64,000 bases of DNA. Source: a virus (lineage: Duplodnaviria > Caudoviricetes). The notes under the pieces were generated by a model that made no database searches, had not been told where the DNA came from, and worked only from the letters and a program-made list of their open reading frames with translations. Each line of letters starts with the position of its first letter. The stretch's first letter is position 1. Positions 25,847 to 34,136 of this stretch are shown in pieces. The stretch is from the IMG/VR virus record IMGVR_UViG_3300015375_000872, positions 481 through 64,480 of that record. One strand, 5' to 3'. The position numbers were made by a program, and so were the translations under genes.

Positions 25847-26067
25847 TGGATGAAACAACAAGTTTTCAAGACTTTATAGACATTAATGAAAGTTTGACCT
25901 TGACAGTTGAGCAAGAATTTAGATTAGCTTTAGCTAGAGAGGAAATAAAGGGTTATCCCATGGAAGATTTACAAGACCAATACTTAACCATTTATAGACT
26001 TTTTTTGATGAAGTCTAACCTACTCGAAAAGATGTTAAAAGATAAGGTTTCAGAAATCAATGGATAG
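25846..26067 (+). CDS. nblA: Second, divergent NblA-like protein (track start 25831; ATG 25846 overlaps the nblA stop)
   Basis: LTVEQEFRLALAREEI...DLQDQYLTIYRLFLMKSNLLEKML fits the NblA two-helix pattern; TAATG coupling. Confidence 0.7.
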   Translation: MDETTSFQDFIDINESLTLTVEQEFRLALAREEIKGYPMEDLQDQYLTIYRLFLMKSNLLEKMLKDKVSEING

Positions 26068-26374
26068 TTTTATTGATATCAAGAGAAGCTTTCTGATAGC
26101 TCATCTTGAGTGTACTGTTCCATTCTGGCTAGTAAACCTTAAAGAACGTGGTTTAGTACCAGGTACACCTAGATTCCAAAAAGAGTTAGATAAATGTAAA
26201 CAAGCTGTTTCTTGTGAAGGTGACACTATACTTTACAGGACAAAAGAGACAGCCAAGAATGCAAGTTTATTATCAAAAGGTATAGCTATGATGATAATCG
26301 CTTGTGGTGAAGTTGAGGTGTTTGGAATAGTTTTTAAAGACGTTGATTTTGGAGTTAATAAAAATAATGGATGA
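26060..26374 (+). CDS. Hypothetical protein
   Basis: Overlapping operon gene. Confidence 0.7.
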   Translation: MDSFIDIKRSFLIAHLECTVPFWLVNLKERGLVPGTPRFQKELDKCKQAVSCEGDTILYRTKETAKNASLLSKGIAMMIIACGEVEVFGIVFKDVDFGVNKNNG

Positions 26375-26609
26375 ATTGAAAATTAAACCTAATTACTATC
26401 AACTAGAAAGATGTAAAGAGGTTTGGGATGTTGAGCGAAAAATCTTAGATGATTGTGATATTTTTAAACATAATCCTATGGTTTTTAAGCTTTGGTGTTC
26501 AGCATTTGAATATATTTTCAGATGTGGAATGAAAGATGATATTATTAAAGATATCCGAAAAGCTATCACGAACTTAGAGAAAATTATTGAATTATTGGAG
26601 GAAAAATAA
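26367..26609 (+). CDS. DUF3310-like protein, possible nucleotide kinase (track start 26343)
   Basis: PNYY...E...D....F....AFEYIFRCGMKDD..KDIRKA..NL; adjacent to thyX. Confidence 0.55.
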   Translation: MDELKIKPNYYQLERCKEVWDVERKILDDCDIFKHNPMVFKLWCSAFEYIFRCGMKDDIIKDIRKAITNLEKIIELLEEK

Positions 26610-27328
26610 TGGATAAATTTAGAGTTGATGTTATTAGAAAGACTGAGAATCCTCAACAAATAATATATTTAGCGTTACATCAATGTTACAGCGAAAACTA
26701 CGTCTTTGAAAACATTGATAGAATACCATCTGAAAAAGAATGTGGGGAGATAGCTGTTAAAAGATTGTTGGCGGGTGATAGAGGGCATTGGAGTTGTGTC
26801 GAAACTTGTTACATCGTGTTTAACGTTGGTTATTTTCCTCATAGTGTTATGCAACAAGCAACACGCCATAGAATCATGAGTTTTAGTGTTGAATCAATGC
26901 GTTATTCAGGACAACGGATTATAGACGTTGTTGATGGTAAACGTGATATTGAAGATGTGTTTTACCTGCGTCCCATTGGGGAATATTCAGACCGTCAAGG
27001 AAAAAAATATGAATATACAGAAAAACAACGACGATTACACTTTGATTATTGCTTAGAAGCTTGTGAATTTTACAAATATAATATTGAGTCAGGAATGTCT
27101 GAGGAACACGCACGGGGTCTTATACCATTCGATTTTAGACAACATTTTGTAATGAGTTGTAACCTGCGTTCACTCTTACACTTCCTCGATTTACGCTTTA
27201 AAAAAGATGCTCAAATTGAAATACAAAAACTCTCTGAATTGATGTGGGGACATACTCAAGAATGGGTTCCTGAAATTGCTAGTTGGTATGAGAAAAACCG
27301 ATTAGGAAAAGCTAGACTTGCGCCTTAA
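26609..27328 (+). CDS. thyX: Flavin-dependent thymidylate synthase
   Basis: GHWSCVE, QATRHRIMSFSVESMRY (RHRxxSxxxxSxRY), EHARG, NLRSLLHFLDLR. Confidence 0.95.
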   Translation: MDKFRVDVIRKTENPQQIIYLALHQCYSENYVFENIDRIPSEKECGEIAVKRLLAGDRGHWSCVETCYIVFNVGYFPHSVMQQATRHRIMSFSVESMRYSGQRIIDVVDGKRDIEDVFYLRPIGEYSDRQGKKYEYTEKQRRLHFDYCLEACEFYKYNIESGMSEEHARGLIPFDFRQHFVMSCNLRSLLHFLDLRFKKDAQIEIQKLSELMWGHTQEWVPEIASWYEKNRLGKARLAP

Positions 27329-27357
27329 TAATACTAATGTTATTATTGAATAATAAT

Positions 27358-27430
27358 GCACTCTTGGCTGATTGGGGAAGCAGCAAACTCATAATTTGCT
27401 TTCAGGTTGGTTCGATTCCAACAGGGTGCA
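27358..27430 (+). tRNA. tRNA with CAT anticodon, most likely tRNA-Ile2 (lysidine, reads AUA); elongator Met not excluded
   Basis: Acceptor GCACTCT/AGGGTGC, D-arm GCT/AGC, anticodon arm GCAAA-CTCATAA-TTTGC, T-arm GTTGG-TTCGATT-CCAAC, discriminator A, no encoded CCA. Confidence 0.88.
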
Positions 27431-27460
27431 TTTGTTAACTTTAAAAACAAATCATTTAAA

Positions 27461-27925
27461 ATGTTTTTAGAACTTCCAACTCAATTAAAATTACAACGGT
27501 TACATCCTGACGCAATCATCCCTGAATATGCCAATCATGGTGATGTAGGGTTAGATTTGTCAACAATTGATAGTGGAGTCTTGAAACCTGGTGAACGGGG
27601 TTTATTTAAGTCGGGATGGGCTATGGAATTAACCAACCCAGACTACTGCTTACAGGTATTCCCACGCTCAGGGTTGGCTCTTAAACATGGGGTTACTGTA
27701 TTGAATGCACCAGGATTAATTGATTTTAATTATCGTGGTGATGTTGGTGTGATTTTGATTAATCACGGTCAAGAGGATTTTATAGTTTTTAAAGGCATGA
27801 GAGTCGCACAATTGGTGGTATCAAGAGTTCTAAAATTGAACGGTCAAGGTGATATTATGGTAGTTGAAAGTTTATCATCTCCTAACAGTAGAGGTGAATT
27901 AGGTTTTGGTTCAACAGGAGTTTAG
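27461..27925 (+). CDS. dut: Trimeric dUTPase (ATG 27461; track start 27407 overlaps the tRNA)
   Basis: GLDL, PRSGLA, GLIDFNYRG, RVAQLV, RGELGFGSTG. Confidence 0.95.
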   Translation: MFLELPTQLKLQRLHPDAIIPEYANHGDVGLDLSTIDSGVLKPGERGLFKSGWAMELTNPDYCLQVFPRSGLALKHGVTVLNAPGLIDFNYRGDVGVILINHGQEDFIVFKGMRVAQLVVSRVLKLNGQGDIMVVESLSSPNSRGELGFGSTGV

Positions 27926-27927
27926 TT

Positions 27928-28590
27928 ATGAAATTCAAAGAAATTCAAGTAGTATCAATTGACAAGATTAAACCTTATCCAAAGAACACTAAGAAACATC
28001 CACAAACCCAGATTGATAAATTAGTCAAGCAACTAGCTCAGGGTTTTGACCAGCCTATAGTTGTTGATAAAAATTTTGTAATTATAAAAGGTCATGCTCG
28101 ATATTTAGCTGCACAACAAATGGAGCTTGAAGAGGTTCCTATTATCATGCGTGATGATTTAACCGATAAACAGGTTAAAGCTATCAGAATAGCTGATAAC
28201 AAGATAGCTGAGAGTGAATGGGAAATCGATATTTTAACTGAAGAGTTAAACGACTTAATTGACGATTTTAACTTAGTTGATTTAGGATTCAGTCAAACTG
28301 AACTTGATGATTTATTAGGTGAAATGTCCGGTGATGAATTTGACTATGAATATGGTGAAGATATCGGTGATGATGAAGAGTCTGATGATTCTAATGTTTC
28401 TGGTGATAATATACCAGAATCTTCTGTTAGGATGGCACAGTTATTTTTAGATACTAAAACCCATCCATTATTCATTGAAATGACTGATAAACTTAACGAA
28501 CTCTATGGAACAGACAACCCAACAGATTGTGTCATGGCAGGACTCAGAGAACTCTGTCAAAACCATAAAATTAAGCTGGAAAATGCCTGA
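27928..28590 (+). CDS. ParB/Srx N-terminal domain protein
   Basis: IKPYPKNTKKHP, GFDQPIVVD, IIKGHARYLAA, IRIADNKIAE; acidic linker. Confidence 0.85.
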   Translation: MKFKEIQVVSIDKIKPYPKNTKKHPQTQIDKLVKQLAQGFDQPIVVDKNFVIIKGHARYLAAQQMELEEVPIIMRDDLTDKQVKAIRIADNKIAESEWEIDILTEELNDLIDDFNLVDLGFSQTELDDLLGEMSGDEFDYEYGEDIGDDEESDDSNVSGDNIPESSVRMAQLFLDTKTHPLFIEMTDKLNELYGTDNPTDCVMAGLRELCQNHKIKLENA

Positions 28591-29695
28591 TGAGCAAGCT
28601 GATAAATTTAAAGGTGAATATCTTGATGAATCAAATTATGATTATTTGATAACAGAACCTTGTTTAATATTAAAACCTGATGGTTCACCTTTGGTTAGGG
28701 TTGTTAGAGGTGAACTCAAGGATGATTCCTACTCTAAAATGTTATCTGATAAAATAAAAGGCTTGCCTGATAACAGGGGAACATCAACAGGAAAAGATTT
28801 GTTAACGGATCAAGGTAGCAATAGGAAACGTCCTGTTAAATCAGGATACAATTCTAATACCACAAGGGTTGATAAATCAGCTTTTTCTGTTTTAGTTGAA
28901 ACACCTATTCAGACATCTAAAAATAGGGGTAATTCAACAGGTAACGGGTTTAAAGCTAAAAAGATATTAACCGATGGAACATTTTCAAAAACAACTAATA
29001 CAATTGACCCTTTAACCGGAAAATATTTAGAAGTTAATAGTGGTATTATCGGTTATTTTGACAGATACCCTAGATTCCCTTACGCTAGAGAGACATCGTT
29101 TTTAATAAATCACAGGAAGCAGTGGGAGTTATTACAACCGTTTATTAATAGAGTTAATAGCATCTTTAAGAAATACCTTCCTGAGCGTTATAACATTCAA
29201 AAAGAAATGGTTAGTCATGTTTCACCTGATTGGATAATTGGTGATACAGCTTTTTCTACCATCACAGTAAACAAGAGTTATAGAACCGCTTGCCACAAAG
29301 ATGCGGGGGATTTAAAAGAAGGTTTTGGGGTGATGGCTTATTTCCAAAAAGGAACGCTTGATGGTGGTTATTTGGTTTTACCTGCTTATCGTGTTGCTGT
29401 CAAGTTTCAGCATTGCGATGTTGCTCTTTTTGATGTTCATGAATGGCACGGTAACACACCTATAAAAGCCAAGTCTGAAGACTCAATGCGTGTTACTTGT
29501 GTATTCTATTTGAGAGAAAGTTTGTTAAGGTGTGGTAATGCTGCTTATGAATTAAATCGAGCCAAGAAAGTTAGGCAGATTGGCAAACTTTACGATAAAG
29601 AAGAAATTGAAAAAGCTGAAAATATTAAGAAAGAGGTTTTAAAAAATCATGGTATTTCCTATCCTTATCCCAAGCAAAAAAAGACCAAAAAGTAA
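28505..29695 (+). CDS. TET/JBP-family 2-oxoglutarate Fe(II) dioxygenase (start uncertain; alternative ATG 28583)
   Basis: FSTITVNKSYRTACHKDAGD (HxD), DVHEWHGNT (distal His), RVTCVFYLRE (2OG-binding Arg). Confidence 0.85.
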   Translation: MEQTTQQIVSWQDSENSVKTIKLSWKMPDEQADKFKGEYLDESNYDYLITEPCLILKPDGSPLVRVVRGELKDDSYSKMLSDKIKGLPDNRGTSTGKDLLTDQGSNRKRPVKSGYNSNTTRVDKSAFSVLVETPIQTSKNRGNSTGNGFKAKKILTDGTFSKTTNTIDPLTGKYLEVNSGIIGYFDRYPRFPYARETSFLINHRKQWELLQPFINRVNSIFKKYLPERYNIQKEMVSHVSPDWIIGDTAFSTITVNKSYRTACHKDAGDLKEGFGVMAYFQKGTLDGGYLVLPAYRVAVKFQHCDVALFDVHEWHGNTPIKAKSEDSMRVTCVFYLRESLLRCGNAAYELNRAKKVRQIGKLYDKEEIEKAENIKKEVLKNHGISYPYPKQKKTKK

Positions 29696-30383
29696 ATTAT
29701 TTCAATTATTGAAAGATGACGGTTTAGATTTTTTTATTTTTGTTGAACCTCAAGATTATGATAATTATAGTTACTTAAAAAATATAATAATACTACCCGA
29801 AAATAATAAAGGATTGGTTTTTTCTAGGAATTATATACTAAAAAAATCTATTGAGTTAGGTTCAAATTGGTTTTGGATGTTGGATGATGATGTTAATAAA
29901 TTCTACAAAACTGTTAATAAAAGGAATATTACAATAACGCCGAGAGAAGCTTTTGAATTATCCGAGAATATTATTTTAAAATCAGATAATGTTGCTCAAG
30001 CTGCAATGGAGTATCAACAGTTTTCATGGAGTCAAGCAAAATCGTTAAATTATAATTCATATTGCGATGTTGTTGTTTGTATAAATGTCAATAAAACAAA
30101 AAATATTAAATATAGAGAAAATGTAACACTTAAGGAAGATAGAGATTTTACTTTACAATGTCTATCTAGGGGATATAACACTCTGAGGACTACTCATGTC
30201 GCTTTTTCTTGTCCTAAAAACGGAAGCAATGAAGGCGGATTATATGATGTTTATAAATCAGGTCTTGAGCGTAATTCAGTGGATATGATGTGTAAGATTT
30301 GGGGTAAAGATATATGCCAACCTGTTTTAAAGAAAGGTGGTAGATATGATGTAAAAATTAATTGGAAATATTTTAAACATTAA
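29649..30383 (+). CDS. TET-associated glycosyltransferase (GT-A fold, TAGT-like)
   Basis: IPSKKRP, RNYIL, FWMLDDD, KEDRDFTLQ, NGSNEGGL. Confidence 0.8.
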   Translation: MVFPILIPSKKRPKSKLFQLLKDDGLDFFIFVEPQDYDNYSYLKNIIILPENNKGLVFSRNYILKKSIELGSNWFWMLDDDVNKFYKTVNKRNITITPREAFELSENIILKSDNVAQAAMEYQQFSWSQAKSLNYNSYCDVVVCINVNKTKNIKYRENVTLKEDRDFTLQCLSRGYNTLRTTHVAFSCPKNGSNEGGLYDVYKSGLERNSVDMMCKIWGKDICQPVLKKGGRYDVKINWKYFKH

Positions 30384-30384
30384 A

Positions 30385-30409
30385 AAAGCTAACCATAATG
30401 GTTAGCTTT
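30385..30409. terminator. Bidirectional terminator between convergent genes
   Basis: AAAGCTAACCA-taa-TGGTTAGCTTT. Confidence 0.75.
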
Positions 30410-30432
30410 AAAATTTTAAACTGATTTAATTT

Positions 30433-31341
30433 TTATTCCTTGCCTCTCATTTGAAGAGATGTTTTATGCGCTTGAATTTCATGGTAAGGACTTCTCCACT
30501 CTCCGCCTTCATAGAACCATGAATGAGTAACTGTTTTTTTATTAACTCGAATCACTTTATACCATATACCGCCAACCTTGACATAATCACCTTTCTTAAT
30601 ATTATTAGCATCAATTCTCAGCCCTCCAGCTTCATCAAACTGTTGTTGCCAATACGCTAATTTTTCTTCTTCCTCTTTCTTCTGTTGAGCGAAATATGGC
30701 GAGTCTTCATACTTTACATAAGCTCGAATCTTAGCTTCACAGTCTTTGATTCGGTTGCCTATGAACTCGATGCTATGACCCTCTGCGTTTGATGCTGCTA
30801 CGGCTGCTTTATATTCGTAGTGTTCAGCTTTTTTCTGATGTTCAACACTCTTACCCATAGCGTTATGAGAACGGTCTAAATCACGTCTGTGGCGTTTTTC
30901 TGAGTGATGACCTATAAGGATAGGTTGACCTAACGGGATGCCTGCTACAGCGTCTTTAGAAGCCTGATAATAAGCGTTAGACTTCTGAGCGTTCTTTTGT
31001 GCCAACTCTTCATATCGTTCAGCCCTTGATAACGCTCTTTCTGCCTTTGTTTCCTGTTGCTCTGCAAAACTTGTCTTGTCTTCTTCACCAAGCTTTTCAA
31101 CATCCTCTGATGGGTCATCCCAGAAGTTGAAGTTATTCTTTGAGCTTCGAGGGTAAGGACGACCACCAAGGTCATACAAGGCATCACGATATTCGTTGAG
31201 TGTTAATCCTGTCACTGTCCAAACTTCACGAGGTTTCTTACCCGGTTTAGTTGGTTCGGTCATCTTTTTAGTTACTACTAACCCATTGGGATATTTAACA
31301 GTGATGGGTTGAAATTCTGTTTCAATATGTTGAGAAGTCAT
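30433..31341 (-). CDS. DUF3560-domain early protein
   Basis: AERYEELA...IPLGQPILIGHHSEKRHRRDLDR motif. Confidence 0.75.
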   Translation of the reverse strand: MTSQHIETEFQPITVKYPNGLVVTKKMTEPTKPGKKPREVWTVTGLTLNEYRDALYDLGGRPYPRSSKNNFNFWDDPSEDVEKLGEEDKTSFAEQQETKAERALSRAERYEELAQKNAQKSNAYYQASKDAVAGIPLGQPILIGHHSEKRHRRDLDRSHNAMGKSVEHQKKAEHYEYKAAVAASNAEGHSIEFIGNRIKDCEAKIRAYVKYEDSPYFAQQKKEEEEKLAYWQQQFDEAGGLRIDANNIKKGDYVKVGGIWYKVIRVNKKTVTHSWFYEGGEWRSPYHEIQAHKTSLQMRGKE

Positions 31342-31432
31342 AATCTTCCTTTGATAGTGTTAGTTTTTAGGGTTTCCCCTATCCCTGAAAGGGATTGTTT
31401 ATAGGGGAATTACACCCCTATATTTATATTTT

Positions 31433-31708
31433 TTAAGCGATTAAATCTTTTATCATCTTTTCAGCTTCTTTTTTGTCTTCTATAACAAGCTCGGTGTACA
31501 TTTCGTATTCAATCATGAATTGTCTTACATTTTTATTTCCAGATGTCATATAGTAAGCATCTGAATTCATGTTTTTAATGATTTCTAACAATTCTTCCTT
31601 GCTCATATCTTTGAGTATGTTATGGGTTAATGATTGTACTCTCAACTGTGCATCTACTAAACCTGCACCGCCTTTATGAATTAAATCATCTTGTTCTGTG
31701 AAGTTCAT
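31433..31708 (-). CDS. Hypothetical early protein
   Basis: AAGGG RBS, 91 aa. Confidence 0.65.
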   Translation of the reverse strand: MNFTEQDDLIHKGGAGLVDAQLRVQSLTHNILKDMSKEELLEIIKNMNSDAYYMTSGNKNVRQFMIEYEMYTELVIEDKKEAEKMIKDLIA

Positions 31709-31777
31709 ATTATCCCTTGATTGTTGTTGGTTTACTTTGATTTGAGTAGTTTAAAGACTTGCTCAGGTCATTAGTGT

Positions 31778-32023
31778 TTAGTATTGATAGCCAACAGTGT
31801 TGGCTAATTTGGTTGCGAATTTTCCTGTGGTTAATCCTTCAGTATGGATTTTCACTTCTGATTGTTTGGCTTTGATTGCAGATTTAATAGGATAGATGAT
31901 ATTGCTATATTCCCAGGAACCCTTTGTAACCTTTAAAGCTTTAACCAATTTTTTAGCCGTTTCAATATCTAATGTCCAAATGTTTGTTTTTTCGGTGTCA
32001 TTTAATGCTTGGCGAGTAATCAT
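31778..32023 (-). CDS. Hypothetical early protein
   Basis: Behind a strong promoter, AGGAG RBS. Confidence 0.7.
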   Translation of the reverse strand: MITRQALNDTEKTNIWTLDIETAKKLVKALKVTKGSWEYSNIIYPIKSAIKAKQSEVKIHTEGLTTGKFATKLANTVGYQY

Positions 32024-32057
32024 TTTTTGCTCCTGTTTTTTATCTCTCTATATTTAT

Positions 32058-32086
32058 AATGTACCGCAAACCTATATTAATGTCAA
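32058..32086 (-). promoter_or_regulatory. sigma70 early promoter
   Basis: TTGACA-17 bp-TACATT; near-duplicate of 32775-32803. Confidence 0.8.
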
Positions 32087-32156
32087 GGGTTTTTGAAAAG
32101 AATTTTTTTAAATCTTTCAAACCCTTACGGATAGGGGGAATTGCACCCCCAAGGAT

Positions 32157-32690
32157 TTAAGCGAACAACGCTTGTTTTGCTTCTTTAGCTTTAGCTTGAA
32201 AGCAGTCTTCCAGGTATGTTTCGAGGTTGTTAATCTTGTTGGTGCGATAACCATGCTTGTCAGACCATGTAACCCAACCTTCAGAGGTGTATTGGATGAA
32301 TGTTAAGTAAACATTGAAACCGCTATAAACTTTTAATGTCTTGCGGAAACTGTCAGCGACGGTGACAGTGAATCCCAAGTTAGATGCGGTTTTTGTTGCT
32401 TCCCAGTACCAATTATTACAGTTTTGTGCTTTGATGTAAACGTAGATTGCGTTGAAATATTTATTGGTTGTAGTGGTTCCCCAACTGGATGAGATGATTG
32501 TGCCTTCCTTGCTGCACATCTCGAAACTATCACCACTTGACCATACGGTACGGGTTTCGTTATTGATTGTGACACAGTAGAATTTTTGATTATCAATGCT
32601 TTCAGGTTGTCCTGGCCATTCTAAGTGTTCACTGATTGTTGCGGTTCCGAAAGATGGGTCTTTAATCGTGACTTGGTTTTGTGCTACCAT
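32157..32690 (-). CDS. Hypothetical early protein
   Basis: GAGG RBS, own promoter. Confidence 0.7.
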   Translation of the reverse strand: MVAQNQVTIKDPSFGTATISEHLEWPGQPESIDNQKFYCVTINNETRTVWSSGDSFEMCSKEGTIISSSWGTTTTNKYFNAIYVYIKAQNCNNWYWEATKTASNLGFTVTVADSFRKTLKVYSGFNVYLTFIQYTSEGWVTWSDKHGYRTNKINNLETYLEDCFQAKAKEAKQALFA

Positions 32691-32774
32691 GATTTGATAC
32701 CTCTTAACTAGGGGTTAGTAGAAGCAAGTAGCGAACTTTGGTCGGTGAACTGCTTGCTTCTCTTGTATATTTAT

Positions 32775-32803
32775 AATGTACCGCAAAACTACATTAATGT
32801 CAA
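32775..32803 (-). promoter_or_regulatory. sigma70 early promoter
   Basis: TTGACA-17 bp-TACATT. Confidence 0.8.
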
Positions 32804-32838
32804 GGGTTTTTGAAAAGATTTTTTATCGGTTTAAAAGT

Positions 32839-33075
32839 TTACTGTAGAGGGATGAGGAATTTTACCTCTACCAAGGAGTTAACAAATGTCTCAAAGCTTG
32901 TGATATCGAGGGTTTTACCGCTCCAGTTCATCTCTGTTTCCCTCTGGAATACCATATAATCTCTGACGGTCAACAATGGTCGATGGGTTTTGCAGGTACG
33001 CCATAGAGCGTTTGTTATTTCTTCTGGTGTTCCGGTAACGGTCATAGTACCGTCAAAGAGTAGATAAGTTTTCAT
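32839..33075 (-). CDS. Hypothetical early protein
   Basis: AAGGA RBS. Confidence 0.65.
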   Translation of the reverse strand: MKTYLLFDGTMTVTGTPEEITNALWRTCKTHRPLLTVRDYMVFQRETEMNWSGKTLDITSFETFVNSLVEVKFLIPLQ

Positions 33076-33100
33076 GATAGTTTTATCCTTTTTTGATTAG

Positions 33101-33994
33101 TTAAGCTGTTGCTAATTGTCTCTCGAATTTGGCTTTACGGCTGTTATAAAACCGTTTGATTTCATTGCTAGTGAAGAGTGCGTCAAAACCGTTATCTTCG
33201 GTGTTATTGACTGAAGTGGTGCAGAAGTCTAAGAGGAACTTAATCCAGTTTGTGATTTTTGTAGCGTCTGTGGTTCCGCTATGATGGCGGAATTCAATTG
33301 TCTGGTGGCGACGGTATGATTGAAGATTGAGCTTGCTGTAGCGTGTACATTGGAGCTGTGAAAGGGCGTTAATGGTTCGGCAGTGGTCTAAAGCACTAGC
33401 ATCAAATGTGTTGGCTAGAGATGCACAAAAATGATTGTTATTACCCCGTCTTGATTGTGGTTGAATTGCATCTAAATGGTGTTCATTGTTTAACCAGCGT
33501 CGGACAATTGACTTAACTTTTTTAACACCCAAGACATCAGCCCCGATGTGGACGTGTAGTCCACATTTTTTGTCAACTTTACAACCAATTCGATTGAGTG
33601 TTTCTGCAACTTTTTTAACTTGATTTAAACCCTCTTGACCTGACAGGATAGGACTTACAATTTCTAACCCGCATGATCTATCAGTGATAATTTTCCATTG
33701 ACTGCAAGTATTGTGATTATAGTTCTGGTATTCCGCATCAATACCAGCATCTTGTAAAGCCTCCTCGATATCTCTAATGTACACGTTCATATCTAGGATT
33801 TCAATTTCAACACCGAAAGTTAATTCATTATTTGTTCCGTTTTCTTCAATCAATTCAATCCGTTCATCTTCTAACCGATTCATAATTCTTCTATATTCGT
33901 TTTGTAAGATGTAACGCTTCTGATTTAACTTTATTGTGGTGTAACCTTGGGCGCGATATCCTTTTAATACTTGTTGGAGTTGACGGTAGTTCAT
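33101..33994 (-). CDS. Putative amidoligase (COOH-NH2 ligase type 2, glutamate-cysteine ligase fold)
   Basis: TFGVEIE, WKIITDRSCGLEIVSPIL, CGLHVHIG, RYSKLNL, TIEFRHHSGT. Confidence 0.85.
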   Translation of the reverse strand: MNYRQLQQVLKGYRAQGYTTIKLNQKRYILQNEYRRIMNRLEDERIELIEENGTNNELTFGVEIEILDMNVYIRDIEEALQDAGIDAEYQNYNHNTCSQWKIITDRSCGLEIVSPILSGQEGLNQVKKVAETLNRIGCKVDKKCGLHVHIGADVLGVKKVKSIVRRWLNNEHHLDAIQPQSRRGNNNHFCASLANTFDASALDHCRTINALSQLQCTRYSKLNLQSYRRHQTIEFRHHSGTTDATKITNWIKFLLDFCTTSVNNTEDNGFDALFTSNEIKRFYNSRKAKFERQLATA

Positions 33995-34029
33995 GGTGTT
34001 TTCCTTTTGCTTATCTCTTAACTATCTTT

Positions 34030-34058
34030 AGTATAGGATAACGGTACAATATTGTCAA
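34030..34058 (-). promoter_or_regulatory. sigma70 early promoter
   Basis: TTGACA-17 bp-TATACT. Confidence 0.8.
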
Positions 34059-34082
34059 GCGGTTTTAGGAAATATTTTTTCT

Positions 34083-34123
34083 AAAACCTTATAACCCATA
34101 CAGAGAGGGGGTTATAAGGTTTT
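34083..34123. terminator. Inverted-repeat terminator
   Basis: AAAACCTTATAACCC...GGGTTATAAGGTTTT. Confidence 0.7.
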
Positions 34124-34136
34124 ATAGTTTGATTCT

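Noticed and set aside
27407-27460. Track start of the dUTPase ORF
   Set aside because: It overlaps the tRNA 3' half; ATG 27461 gives a normal dUTPase.
27928-29695. Programmed frameshift fusing ParB to TET/JBP
   Set aside because: It would need a +1 shift and I see no convincing slippery site; overlapping starts explain the layout.
31381-31397. Second CRISPR-repeat-like hairpin (ATCCCTGAAAGGGATTG)
   Set aside because: It is nested inside a larger TTCCCCTAT/ATAGGGGAA stem at a gene boundary and is better explained as a terminator or processing hairpin.
32157-32180. Beta-clamp-binding motif at the C-terminus of 32157-32690 (KQALFA)
   Set aside because: A poor match to QL[S/D]LF with no replication context.
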